Of a stretch of DNA of 32,000 bases, positions 18,683 to 26,933 are shown one piece after another. Under the pieces are notes generated by a model that worked only from the letters and a program-made list of their open reading frames with translations, was not told where the DNA came from and did no database searches. Location of the stretch: NCBI GenBank assembly GCA_000025185.1, contig CP001848.1, positions 600,001-632,000 of the forward strand. Direction: 5' to 3'. Source of the DNA: Pirellula staleyi DSM 6068 (GTDB taxonomy: Bacteria > Planctomycetota > Planctomycetia > Pirellulales > Pirellulaceae). A program made the position numbers and the translations under genes. Each line of letters starts with the position of its first letter. Position 1 is the stretch's first letter.

Positions 18683-18848
18683 CTAAGTGCGACGCTTGCG
18701 ACAGGCGTCGCTGCAGAACTTCACCTGCTCCCAGCAACGCTCCCATTTCTTCCGCCACGCAAATGGGCGGCCACACTGCACACAAATCTTCTGCGGCAGA
18801 TCGCGTTTGTCTGGCCGTTTTTTTTGAGCTACTTTCGCGCTCCTTCAT
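18683..18848 (-). pseudogene. DUF2256-type small zinc-ribbon gene, split between two frames at an A8 run
   Basis: From ATG 18848 the reading is [10 protein letters not shown], running into the A8 run. The frame starting at 18817 reads [44 protein letters not shown], which carries the DUF2256 hallmarks (CxxCGRPFxWRKKW...V.FCSxxCR). That frame has an upstream TGA and no ATG, GTG or TTG before the first Cys. The track's 93-aa ORF (18573..18854) follows the wrong frame after the run. Confidence 0.6.
18818..18825 (-). repeat. A8 (T8 on the plus strand) homopolymer at the DUF2256 frame break
   Basis: Counted directly: ggccg tttttttt gagct. One A fewer would fuse [10 protein letters not shown] to [16 protein letters not shown]... 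Confidence 0.9.
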
Positions 18849-18981
18849 CTGCATATTTCCCCAATAGGTCGACTCGCATCGCTTGCCAGCTGCCGCGCCC
18901 TGAGCGGTTGCCTAGCTTGCTACAGTATCACTGGCTACGTTCTCACTGCCACACTCTTGCACCGACCTCGAGCATTTCCAC

Positions 18982-20607
18982 ATGCCCCCTCTTCAGCGAA
19001 CTCGCTCCAAGCCTGGCACACGTGGCCCTTCGTCGGCGCGAAATCTGGTGCTGGTTCTCGGCGATCAGCTCGATCCCCAGGCGGCAGCCTTCGACGATTT
19101 CGATCCCAGCCTCGATGCTGTTTGGATGGCGGAAGTCGACGAGGAATCGACGCACGTTTGGTCGCACAAACAGCGGATCGCTGTGTTTCTTGCCGCGATG
19201 CGCCACTTTCGCGAGCAGCTGCGCGCAAGTGGAATCACGGTGCACTACACCCAGCTCACCCCCGAAGTGACAGCGAAGCAGCCGCCGAGTTCGCTCGCGC
19301 ATCAGCTGAAGATGGATCTCGAGCAACTGCGCCCCGCCAAGCTGATCGTCACGAAACCAGGCGACCATCGGGTCGAGCAGTCGCTTCGCGCTGCTGCAGA
19401 CGAACTGCCGATTCCAATTGAAATCCGCGAGGATCGGCACTTTCTCAGCACCCCCGCAGAGTTTGCCGAGCACGCGCGCGGTCGCAAACAGCTGCGCATG
19501 GAATTCTTCTACCGCGAGATGCGCCGCAAGACCGGCTATCTGATGAACGGCGACCAGCCCGAAGGGGGCGAGTGGAACTACGACAGCGAAAATCGTGAGG
19601 CCTTCGGCAAGAAGGGTCCACCTCTGCTCGTCGCGGCACCCAAGCTCAAGCACGACGCACTCACAGAGCAAGTCCTGACGCTCGTTCGCACTCGCTTTGC
19701 CACACATCCTGGCAAGCTCGAGCGATTTCTCTGGCCAGTCACGCGCGAGCAAGCACTTGTGCTACTCGAGCATTTCATCACGCATCTTTTGCCTCAATTC
19801 GGTCGCTACCAAGATGCGATGTGGACCGGACAAGCGAAGCTGTTCCACTCGCAAATTTCGTCGGCGATGAATCTCAAACTGCTCGACCCGCGCGAAGTGA
19901 TTGAAGCAGCCGAGCAGGCCTATCGTCGCGGCGATGTGGAGCTCGCTTCGGCTGAGGGCTTCATCCGTCAAATCCTGGGCTGGCGCGAGTATGTACGAGG
20001 GATCTACTGGCTCTATATGCCCGAGTACCTCGAGCGCAATCATCTTCATGCCACGCGCACGTTGCCCGACTTCTACTGGACTGGCGAGACCCCGATGCGT
20101 TGCCTGCGCGAAACGATCACTCAAACGCTCGAAACAGGTTATGCCCATCACATTCAGCGGTTGATGGTCACTGGCCTCTTCGCGCTGCTCGCTGGCATCA
20201 GACCACAAGAGGTACATGCCTGGTACCTGGCGGTTTACATCGATGCCATCGAGTGGGTGGAACTTCCCAACACACTCGGCATGTCGCAATATGCCGACGG
20301 TGGAGTGATGGCGAGCAAACCGTACGTGGCGACCGGAAAATATATCCAGCGGATGAGCAACTACTGCAGCGGCTGTCAGTTCGATCCCGCCCTCTCCACC
20401 GGCGAGAAAGCTTGCCCTTTCACCACCCTCTACTGGGATTTTCTGATGCGCCACGAAGCACTGCTGAAGAAGAATCAGCGCATGAGCCTGCAAGTCAAAA
20501 ACCTTGCCCGACTCTCATCCGACGACAAACAAAAAATCCGCGATCAGGCCGAAACATTTCTCCGCAAACTCACCCCCACCAATTCCTCCCAGCCAAGCAA
20601 TCGCTAA
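18982..20607 (+). CDS. Cryptochrome/photolyase-family protein of the FeS-BCP / bacterial (6-4) photolyase (PhrB/CryB-like) type
   Basis: 541 aa: NLVLVLGDQL...VWMAEV..ESTHVWSHKQRIAVFLAAMRHF...GGEWNYD...RQILGWREY...YAHHIQRLMV. Four candidate Fe-S cysteines: MRCLRET and YCSGCQFDPALSTGEKACPF. Confidence 0.8.
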   Translation: MPPLQRTRSKPGTRGPSSARNLVLVLGDQLDPQAAAFDDFDPSLDAVWMAEVDEESTHVWSHKQRIAVFLAAMRHFREQLRASGITVHYTQLTPEVTAKQPPSSLAHQLKMDLEQLRPAKLIVTKPGDHRVEQSLRAAADELPIPIEIREDRHFLSTPAEFAEHARGRKQLRMEFFYREMRRKTGYLMNGDQPEGGEWNYDSENREAFGKKGPPLLVAAPKLKHDALTEQVLTLVRTRFATHPGKLERFLWPVTREQALVLLEHFITHLLPQFGRYQDAMWTGQAKLFHSQISSAMNLKLLDPREVIEAAEQAYRRGDVELASAEGFIRQILGWREYVRGIYWLYMPEYLERNHLHATRTLPDFYWTGETPMRCLRETITQTLETGYAHHIQRLMVTGLFALLAGIRPQEVHAWYLAVYIDAIEWVELPNTLGMSQYADGGVMASKPYVATGKYIQRMSNYCSGCQFDPALSTGEKACPFTTLYWDFLMRHEALLKKNQRMSLQVKNLARLSSDDKQKIRDQAETFLRKLTPTNSSQPSNR

Positions 20608-20775
20608 TTGCCGGTTCTCACACATTTAGAACTCTGTGCGAAGCGCGGCCCCTCACAACACAGGAGGCAAATTCACCCGGCAATAAGTGTGGCCATACCT
20701 GCGAATAGTAGGTAAGAAAGCAGTGCATTTCCTTTCACACACCATGCGCCCAGTAAACTCTCCTCGCATCCGCTA

Positions 20776-22776
20776 ATGCTAGCATACATTCCCAAGTTCA
20801 CGCGAACGCGACTTCTTCTTTTAGCTTGGGCAACTCTTTATTTGTCAGTGGCAGCGGCTCCTCTCTTGGCTCCTGCTGTTTTCGGAAGAGAGAATTCCCG
20901 TCAGCTGGAATTCATCATTCCACCTCTCATTATGATCTTCGCAGGTGGTGCAACACTCCTGGCAATTTGGGCAGCACTCGCGCCAGTAAAAACCATTGAA
21001 CGGATTGGCGCTCCTCTCTCTATCTTGATTGTCTATACATCGATCGCCACGGCACCTATGGGCGCCAATCTCGAGGTGGCCTACATCCAGATTGCTACGA
21101 TTATTAATTGGGTCATCCTTGTGACTGCAATACGTGTCACTCATAAACCACATAACATCCATTTGAAGCCCCAAACACTTGACACATCCGTGATGGAGCA
21201 GACTGAGCAGCAATATAGTCTCTTCGATATGATTTGGTGGATGACAATTTTAGCTACTGCCTTTGCGGTAGTCAGAATTTTTACCCCTAACGTCGCTTTG
21301 TTGAACCCACAGTTCGATATCATCGCGGCCATTCAGATGACGCTAATGCTCTTGTTTATCGCCACCGCTCCACTGTTTGTTGTGGCACTTTTGGGAATAA
21401 CCAACTGCTTAGATTCAAAGCGCCCCTCGCGGTACCTCGTCGCATTCTGCCTCGCGATGCCGATTTCAGCAATCTTCGGCATGCTATTCTTGTTAATGCC
21501 TAACCCTCGAACTAGCGTCATGACATACGTTCACATCTTTTGCTTCCTCTACTTTGCATTTAGTTTTATTAGTGCGCCATTCTCCTTGTTCGCCCTCACA
21601 CTTCTCTCTTTTCGCCTTGTAGGACTGAAGCTGGAGAAGGTTTTGAAATTGCCGATTTCGGCACCGCTACTTTCAAACAAACTTGCAGGCAAAGTTCAAG
21701 AGGAGAGCCTCCCTCCCCTTGAAATGCCCACCCTATCCGAGATCGATTCCGTTTTCTCGCGTGATTCGATCCCCACCTTCACGCGCCACAACCCCACCAT
21801 AAGCCTTTCGGATCTTGATAATTCCGCCCATTTTCACCCCAAGTTGGCGATTGAGGGAAACGTTTTCCCAGGCGTTTCTAGTTTGCAAGCTTGGTTGCTT
21901 TTACTGGTGGTCCTACATCTTGTGGTTACCGTTGCGGTGGCTGCCTGCTATCACTGGTCGATCAACGATCGATTTGCAAACACCGTGGCTGCAATGGCCT
22001 TACTGGGAGTAGGAAGTGCCCAGCTTGCGCTCTTGGCGATTTGGAGTGCTTTCGGCACGAGCCATCCTCTCCGCCGCCTCGTGGCAACGCTGGGGATGAT
22101 GTTCGTCATCATCCTTTTAGGAACCTTAGTGATCGAGAATCGACATGTCGCCATCACACTGCAATGGACTGGAGTGATCAGCTCTCTTTTAATGTTGGGA
22201 ACATTATGGTTCGCGCATCGTCGCAGTAAAATTCGATTGATTGCTCCGGAGGTTTCGGCAGAGGGAAATTCTCGTAAGCATTGGTTCACGGTTGCTGAAC
22301 TAGCCGGATGTTTGTTCGGAATCGGAACGCTTGCCATTTTTTCCAGGCTCACGACATTTCCGGCCTTTTTCTTCGATTCTGATTATGGGCTCGAGATTCC
22401 AGCACTCTTTTTCTTCGTGTTCATTGTCTACATCTTTCTGGGTATCGCATCGACAGCCGCCTCATTTGCCTTAGTTTTTGGAACCCTGCAGACAGCATCG
22501 ATTACCAAGGGACTCAGGCAGTTGAGTTTGGCGTTGCTCTTTAGCTGGAGTGTGGCGGTCGGCATTATCCTGGCTATCATCTTCCCTCGAGGGGTCTCGA
22601 TCACTTGGAGTCACATCGTTTTTGTGATCGCAGCAGCTTTGCCCAACGCGCTGCTTATGCTTGGCACAGCTTTTTTCTTCCGATTGCTAGGGATTCATGC
22701 GGTGCGGGTCGCTCGAGTCATGCCTCCAGATCCCGCAGTGCTGAGTAATTCTTCCCACGAACCATCGTCGCGGTGA
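20776..22776 (+). CDS. Polytopic membrane protein made of two homologous ~300-aa halves
   Basis: 666-aa ORF, visibly AT-richer than its flanks. Three collinear motif pairs sit at a constant offset of about 356 aa: LLAIW (61 / 419), YSLFDM vs WFTVAEL (147 / 503), and FRLVG vs FRLLG (279 / 635). A hydrophilic linker covers about residues 291-365. Confidence 0.6.
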   Translation: MLAYIPKFTRTRLLLLAWATLYLSVAAAPLLAPAVFGRENSRQLEFIIPPLIMIFAGGATLLAIWAALAPVKTIERIGAPLSILIVYTSIATAPMGANLEVAYIQIATIINWVILVTAIRVTHKPHNIHLKPQTLDTSVMEQTEQQYSLFDMIWWMTILATAFAVVRIFTPNVALLNPQFDIIAAIQMTLMLLFIATAPLFVVALLGITNCLDSKRPSRYLVAFCLAMPISAIFGMLFLLMPNPRTSVMTYVHIFCFLYFAFSFISAPFSLFALTLLSFRLVGLKLEKVLKLPISAPLLSNKLAGKVQEESLPPLEMPTLSEIDSVFSRDSIPTFTRHNPTISLSDLDNSAHFHPKLAIEGNVFPGVSSLQAWLLLLVVLHLVVTVAVAACYHWSINDRFANTVAAMALLGVGSAQLALLAIWSAFGTSHPLRRLVATLGMMFVIILLGTLVIENRHVAITLQWTGVISSLLMLGTLWFAHRRSKIRLIAPEVSAEGNSRKHWFTVAELAGCLFGIGTLAIFSRLTTFPAFFFDSDYGLEIPALFFFVFIVYIFLGIASTAASFALVFGTLQTASITKGLRQLSLALLFSWSVAVGIILAIIFPRGVSITWSHIVFVIAAALPNALLMLGTAFFFRLLGIHAVRVARVMPPDPAVLSNSSHEPSSR

Positions 22777-22883
22777 GCCTGAGGGGGGAGCGAGCGACGG
22801 TTTCCGCGGGGGGCTGTTTCCGGCTACAATGCCCCGATTCTGATTTCGCGGGCCAAAGCATGGTTTGAATCGACTCCCTTTTC

Positions 22884-23630
22884 ATGCGCAAGCAAGAACC
22901 GACCGACACTTCTGGCGACAACGACTATGGCGTGCCGATTCCGGGCAACGTTCTGCCGGAGACGTCGTGGGCCAAGACCGCCATCAAGCGTTTGCCACCG
23001 GAAGGGCCCCTCGATTTCGCGGCGATTTTCGGGCGCATCGCCCCTGTGGTGCTCGACCTTGGCTGTGGCAATGGTCGCTTCACCATTACGTCGGCGCTGA
23101 AGCGTCCTGAAATCGATCACATCGCCACCGATATCCTGCCGATGGTGATCCGCTATGCCACGCGCCGCGCGAATCAGCGGGGGCTCTTCAACACACGCTG
23201 GGTGGTGAGTGGTGCCTACGAGTTATTAGATCTCTATATTGCGCCACAATCGGTACAAGAGATTCATCTTTATCATCCTCAGCCTTATCACGATACCAAA
23301 GAATCTTATAAGAGGCTGATCACACCCGAGTTCATGACGATGGTGTATCGCTCGCTTCGCCCCGACGGTCTGCTCGTGATTCAGACCGACAACAAGCCGT
23401 ACTGGCAGTATGTGCAAAAGGTGCTTCCAGGGATCTTCGACTGGAAAGAGCAAAAAAGTGCCTGGCCCGATGCGCCGCAAGGGCGCACACGTCGCGAGAT
23501 CTATGCTCGCAATCATGGGCTGCCGATTTATCGCGGCTATGGCTCGCCGCTAGCAGGTTTTGACGCTCCGGCGCTGGAAAAATGGGCTTCTTCGCAGCCT
23601 TTGCCCCGGTTTGCTACATCGGGCCGATAG
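22884..23630 (+). CDS. trmB: tRNA (guanine46-N7)-methyltransferase
   Basis: 248 aa: VLDLGCGNGRF (SAM-binding motif), ...ATDI..., IHLYHPQPY, KRLITPEF..., LRPDGLLVIQTDN. Confidence 0.9.
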   Translation: MRKQEPTDTSGDNDYGVPIPGNVLPETSWAKTAIKRLPPEGPLDFAAIFGRIAPVVLDLGCGNGRFTITSALKRPEIDHIATDILPMVIRYATRRANQRGLFNTRWVVSGAYELLDLYIAPQSVQEIHLYHPQPYHDTKESYKRLITPEFMTMVYRSLRPDGLLVIQTDNKPYWQYVQKVLPGIFDWKEQKSAWPDAPQGRTRREIYARNHGLPIYRGYGSPLAGFDAPALEKWASSQPLPRFATSGR

Positions 23631-23788
23631 CGCAGGCCGATATCAGTGTCGTGCGCGCTACCTTAGCTCCTGTCCCGAGCGATGAAAGCCGCTCCCACAT
23701 ACGCTCTGGTGCTTGCTAGCAGCTTATTTGATAGCAAACGCCCCTGGGTGAGAACGGGAGAGAGCCTTGTCGCTGCAAAGATGCTGCC

Positions 23789-24751
23789 GTGTCGTGGATT
23801 CGTGACCAACTCGAGCGTTTTCGCCAACAGCCTGTGATTGGCTATCGCGCGGATCAATCTCCCCTCGCTGAACCGACAGCCATCTCAGCACTCGCGCTGC
23901 AAGCACATCAGTTACCCTTGTTTGCCGAACCAGCCGCCGACTGGCTCGTCGAGCGACAGTCGCTCCAAGGTGAAATCGGTGTGATGCCCGGCCACGAAGA
24001 ACCCGGCTGGGCCACAGCTCTGGCCCTCATTGTGTGGCATCAAATGCCACAGCGTCACAAGTATCTCGGTCCCATCGAACTGGCGACGCAGTGGCTGCTC
24101 GAAGCGCGTGGTAAAGTGCTTGAGCCCGATACTGATCTGGGACACAACGTCGAACTGGTTGGCTGGTCGTGGGCACCGAACACCCATAGCTGGATTGAGC
24201 CGACGGCGATGTCGATTCTCGCGCTCCGCGCCCTGGGACAATTGCGGCATCCGCGCACGCAAGAGGGAATCAAGCTGCTCATCGATCGGCAACTGCCGGC
24301 AGGTGGATGCAACTACGGCAACACGTTTGTGCTGGGACAACTGCTCCGCCCTCACGTACAGCCGACCGGTGTCGCGATGGCCGCACTGTCGGGACAGATC
24401 GACACCAGTGGCCGCTTGCCACGATCGCTCGCTTGGCTGCGGCGTCAGTTGAGCGAACAAACCACCAGCTCTTCGCTCGCCTGGGGACTCTTGGGACTGG
24501 CTGCGCATGGCGAATTGCCCGCCAACTATCAGCAGTTTCTTGAAGCTGCCGCAGCGCGACAAATCGCGCACGAGAACAGCCCCTACAAACTTGCGATGCT
24601 GCTGCTCGCTGCCGCTGGCGAGCGGGCATTTCCGTTCCTTGCTGTTCCGCGCCGACTTCCCCCCATCGACGCTGACGACGCTGACGACGCTGCTGCGCGC
24701 CGCAGTTCATCCGCCCCATCCCTGGCTCTCGATGCTGAGATTTCGCCATGA
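23789..24751 (+). CDS. Prenyltransferase/squalene-cyclase-repeat (alpha/alpha toroid)-like protein
   Basis: 320 aa with a GTG start. Repeated motifs typical of the fold: WLVERQSLQGEIG, WLLEARGK..GWSW, LLIDRQLPAGGCNYG, and EPTAMSILAL / QPTGVAMAAL. No signal peptide. The C-terminus is acidic and low-complexity (DADDADDAAA), encoded by a 9-bp tandem repeat at 24668-24694. Confidence 0.5.
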   Translation: MSWIRDQLERFRQQPVIGYRADQSPLAEPTAISALALQAHQLPLFAEPAADWLVERQSLQGEIGVMPGHEEPGWATALALIVWHQMPQRHKYLGPIELATQWLLEARGKVLEPDTDLGHNVELVGWSWAPNTHSWIEPTAMSILALRALGQLRHPRTQEGIKLLIDRQLPAGGCNYGNTFVLGQLLRPHVQPTGVAMAALSGQIDTSGRLPRSLAWLRRQLSEQTTSSSLAWGLLGLAAHGELPANYQQFLEAAAARQIAHENSPYKLAMLLLAAAGERAFPFLAVPRRLPPIDADDADDAAARRSSSAPSLALDAEISP

Positions 24752-25842
24752 AACACGCTTCCGACTCCTCCGCAAGTAAGTCTGGTAAGCCCTCCTCGGC
24801 CGATCACGCAGCCAAGCAGGCACCGATGGGAACCGACATCACAACGCCCCCCGTCAGCCGCCGACTGCTGCTGGCTGGTGCAGCGTGTGGCGTTGGGCTC
24901 GCGACGCTCGGCATTGTGAAGGAGACACTGCGCGAGCGAGCGCCGGTCTTTATCGCCAAGAACCAGCGCTACGACCAAGGGCTCGAAACCACGATCAAAG
25001 AGGGGCTCTTGGCAGTCGGTATTGCAGCCGACTCACTGCGTGGCAAAAAGGTGCTGATCAAACCGAATCTTGTGGAACCAACGCGCGATGCTCCCCATGT
25101 CACCACTCATCCGGCAATGATCGTCGCGACCGCTGAAGTGTTTCGTAGCTTCGGCGCCACGGTCGGTGTCGGTGAAGGCCCCGGACATGTGCGCGACACC
25201 GAAATGGTTCTCACCGAATCGGGTGTTGGGGAATATCTCGCTGCGGCAAAGCTTCCGTTCTATGACCTCAACTACGAGGATGTCGGCTGGGCTAAGAATC
25301 GTGGCCGTACATGTAGCCTGGCGGGCTTTTATTTTCCTAAGCCCATCCTCGAAGCCGATATTGTCGTTTCATTACCCAAGATGAAAACACATCACTGGGT
25401 GGGGGTGACCGGCGCGATGAAAAACCTCTATGGTGTCATCCCTGGTATTAAATATGGTTGGCCTAAGAACGTGCTCCACCATAATGGAATACCTCAAACC
25501 GTTTATGATATAAATGCGTCGCTTCCCAAGACCATTGCTATTGTCGATGGTATTGACTGCATGGAGGGAGATGGCCCGATCATGGGAAGTCGCAAACAGA
25601 TGGGGCTGATCTTGGTGGGACTTTCACCAGCTGCTGTCGACGCCACGATGTGCCGCCTGATGCAACTCGATCCTCTGGAAATCAGCTACCTGCAGCTGGC
25701 GGGAGGTCGACTGGGGCCGATTCGCGACCGCTACATCACCCAGCGTGGCGAAGGGTGGCAAGGGCTTGCTCAGCCGTTCGCCGTACTCGACCGGCCCCAC
25801 CTTCGGATGCTGCAGCGCCCGATCGGAGCCCTGGTTAGTTAG
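24748..25842 (+). CDS. DUF362 domain protein with a twin-arginine (Tat) signal
   Basis: 364 aa. Tat motif SRRLLLAGAACGVGLATLG. DUF362-like core: VLIKPNLVEP..THPAMIVA..VGEGPG..LPKMKTHHWVGVTGAMKNLYGVIPG..VDGIDCMEGDGPIMG. ATG 24748 overlaps the upstream stop (ATGA). ATG 24826 (MGTDITTPPVSRR...) is an alternative start. Confidence 0.75.
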   Translation: MKHASDSSASKSGKPSSADHAAKQAPMGTDITTPPVSRRLLLAGAACGVGLATLGIVKETLRERAPVFIAKNQRYDQGLETTIKEGLLAVGIAADSLRGKKVLIKPNLVEPTRDAPHVTTHPAMIVATAEVFRSFGATVGVGEGPGHVRDTEMVLTESGVGEYLAAAKLPFYDLNYEDVGWAKNRGRTCSLAGFYFPKPILEADIVVSLPKMKTHHWVGVTGAMKNLYGVIPGIKYGWPKNVLHHNGIPQTVYDINASLPKTIAIVDGIDCMEGDGPIMGSRKQMGLILVGLSPAAVDATMCRLMQLDPLEISYLQLAGGRLGPIRDRYITQRGEGWQGLAQPFAVLDRPHLRMLQRPIGALVS

Positions 25843-25946
25843 TCGTAAACGGAGCCGTAGCTAGCATCCGAACCTATTGACAAACAAGTACTTACGCACG
25901 CGACAGAATAGCATAACATTCGTGGAATTCGCTCCTCTTGGGCCAG

Positions 25947-25975
25947 TTGGCGAGGGGCGCGAACCGACCTATAAT
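25947..25975 (+). promoter_or_regulatory. Sigma70-like promoter candidate: TTGGCG - 17 bp - TATAAT
   Basis: Read directly: -35 at 25947-25952 (4 of 6 matches), a 17-bp spacer, and a perfect -10 TATAAT at 25970-25975. It lies about 190 bp upstream of the ferredoxin ORF. Promoter consensus in this phylum is uncertain. Confidence 0.3.
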
Positions 25976-25984
25976 TGAGAGACT

Positions 25985-26015
25985 GGGCGAAACTTCGCAA
26001 GTGAAGCATTCGCCC
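25985..26015 (+). other. Stem-loop at the predicted 5' end of the ferredoxin leader
   Basis: The 7-bp perfect outer stem GGGCGAA / TTCGCCC encloses a 4-bp inner stem CTTC / GAAG with loop GCAAGT. Confidence 0.4.
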
Positions 26016-26165
26016 TGGTTTGCGGTTATGCTCGGGGTGGTTTGCGGCCACACAAGGCCCTTCACTCCGCTGCGACCTAGTTCTGCGGCTCAGTTTCGTT
26101 CTCGGATTTCGATTTTCCACGATCGACTCGACGAGTGATCGATTATCAGAGGCTCAGCCTCGAGG

Positions 26166-26570
26166 ATGTTTCGCACCATGGCAAAGCAAGGGCCTCGCAA
26201 AAAGCTGCCGAAGGAAATCGCGATCATCAACGCCGACAATTGCACCGGTTGCGAGTCGTGCTTGGAAGTCTGCCCGGTCGATTGCATCAACCTCAAGGAA
26301 ATGCAGCACGGGGTGAAGGGAAATCAGGCGTGGTGCGAGATCGATATCGAGCGCTGCGTCGGTTGTGAAGTCTGCGTCCATATTCCGCAGAAGAAAACAA
26401 ATCCCTACGAGCTCACCGTTTGCCCGTGGAATGCCATCGAGATGGTTCCGGTCGAACTCGCAGCCCAGGTAATGGCCCAGGTCGGCGGCCCACCAGAATA
26501 CATCGCTGCCAACTGGGATCGACTCGTTGGTACCGCTCAGCATTTGGCCGAGCTGAAGGCTCAGGCTTAA
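26166..26570 (+). CDS. 2x[4Fe-4S] ferredoxin-type protein
   Basis: 134 aa. First cluster motif CTGCESCLEVCP. Second motif CVGCEVC....CPWNAI. ATG 26178 is an alternative start. Confidence 0.85.
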   Translation: MFRTMAKQGPRKKLPKEIAIINADNCTGCESCLEVCPVDCINLKEMQHGVKGNQAWCEIDIERCVGCEVCVHIPQKKTNPYELTVCPWNAIEMVPVELAAQVMAQVGGPPEYIAANWDRLVGTAQHLAELKAQA

Positions 26571-26587
26571 CTGCTGTTTCTGTGTGC

Positions 26588-26908
26588 TTAGAGCGCGTCG
26601 ACGATGCGAGTGTACGACCAGACCACGACGAGCCAAAAGAGCCATAGGATCAGGATCGTGTAGAGCAGCACGATCACCGACCAGACGATCTTACTGGTGG
26701 TTGAGAAAGCTCGGCTTGCCCACAGCAGTGGCAACCCCAGTGCGGCAGTCACGCCAAACAAAGTCCCCAGCACCACCCAGCGGTTGTCGACCAAGCCTCG
26801 CAAGGTGGTCGATTGTGGCTGATTCGCTGCGGGAACCGCCTCGGCAACTATCTCGGAGTGCACTTCCATGTCGGGCTGCACCTTGGTGGGCTGATCGCTC
26901 GTCATCAA
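26588..26908 (-). CDS. Small membrane protein (2 TM), immediately downstream of the monooxygenase
   Basis: 106-aa ORF starting 25 nt after the FMO stop. TM stretches WVVLGTLFGVTAALGLPLLW and IVWSVIVLLYTILILWLFWLVVVW. Confidence 0.5.
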   Translation of the reverse strand: MMTSDQPTKVQPDMEVHSEIVAEAVPAANQPQSTTLRGLVDNRWVVLGTLFGVTAALGLPLLWASRAFSTTSKIVWSVIVLLYTILILWLFWLVVVWSYTRIVDAL

Positions 26909-26933
26909 ACCGCTACCTTACCTGAGAATCATG

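Noticed and set aside
18573-18854. 93-aa ORF from the track ([16 protein letters not shown]...)
   Set aside because: After the A8 run it reads the DUF2256 gene out of frame and overlaps the 3' end of the convergent membrane-protein gene. The +1 frame carries the conserved Cys-rich sequence.
18855-18981. CAGT-atc-ACTG mini-palindrome upstream of the photolyase-like gene, considered as a second copy of the lexA-upstream motif
   Set aside because: The arm spacing differs (3 nt versus 1 nt), and only 4-bp arms are shared, which is not enough to claim a common operator.
18943-20493. Minus-strand ORFs (269 aa and 243 aa) opposite the photolyase-like gene
   Set aside because: They are antisense to a well-supported photolyase-family frame and have no recognisable motifs.
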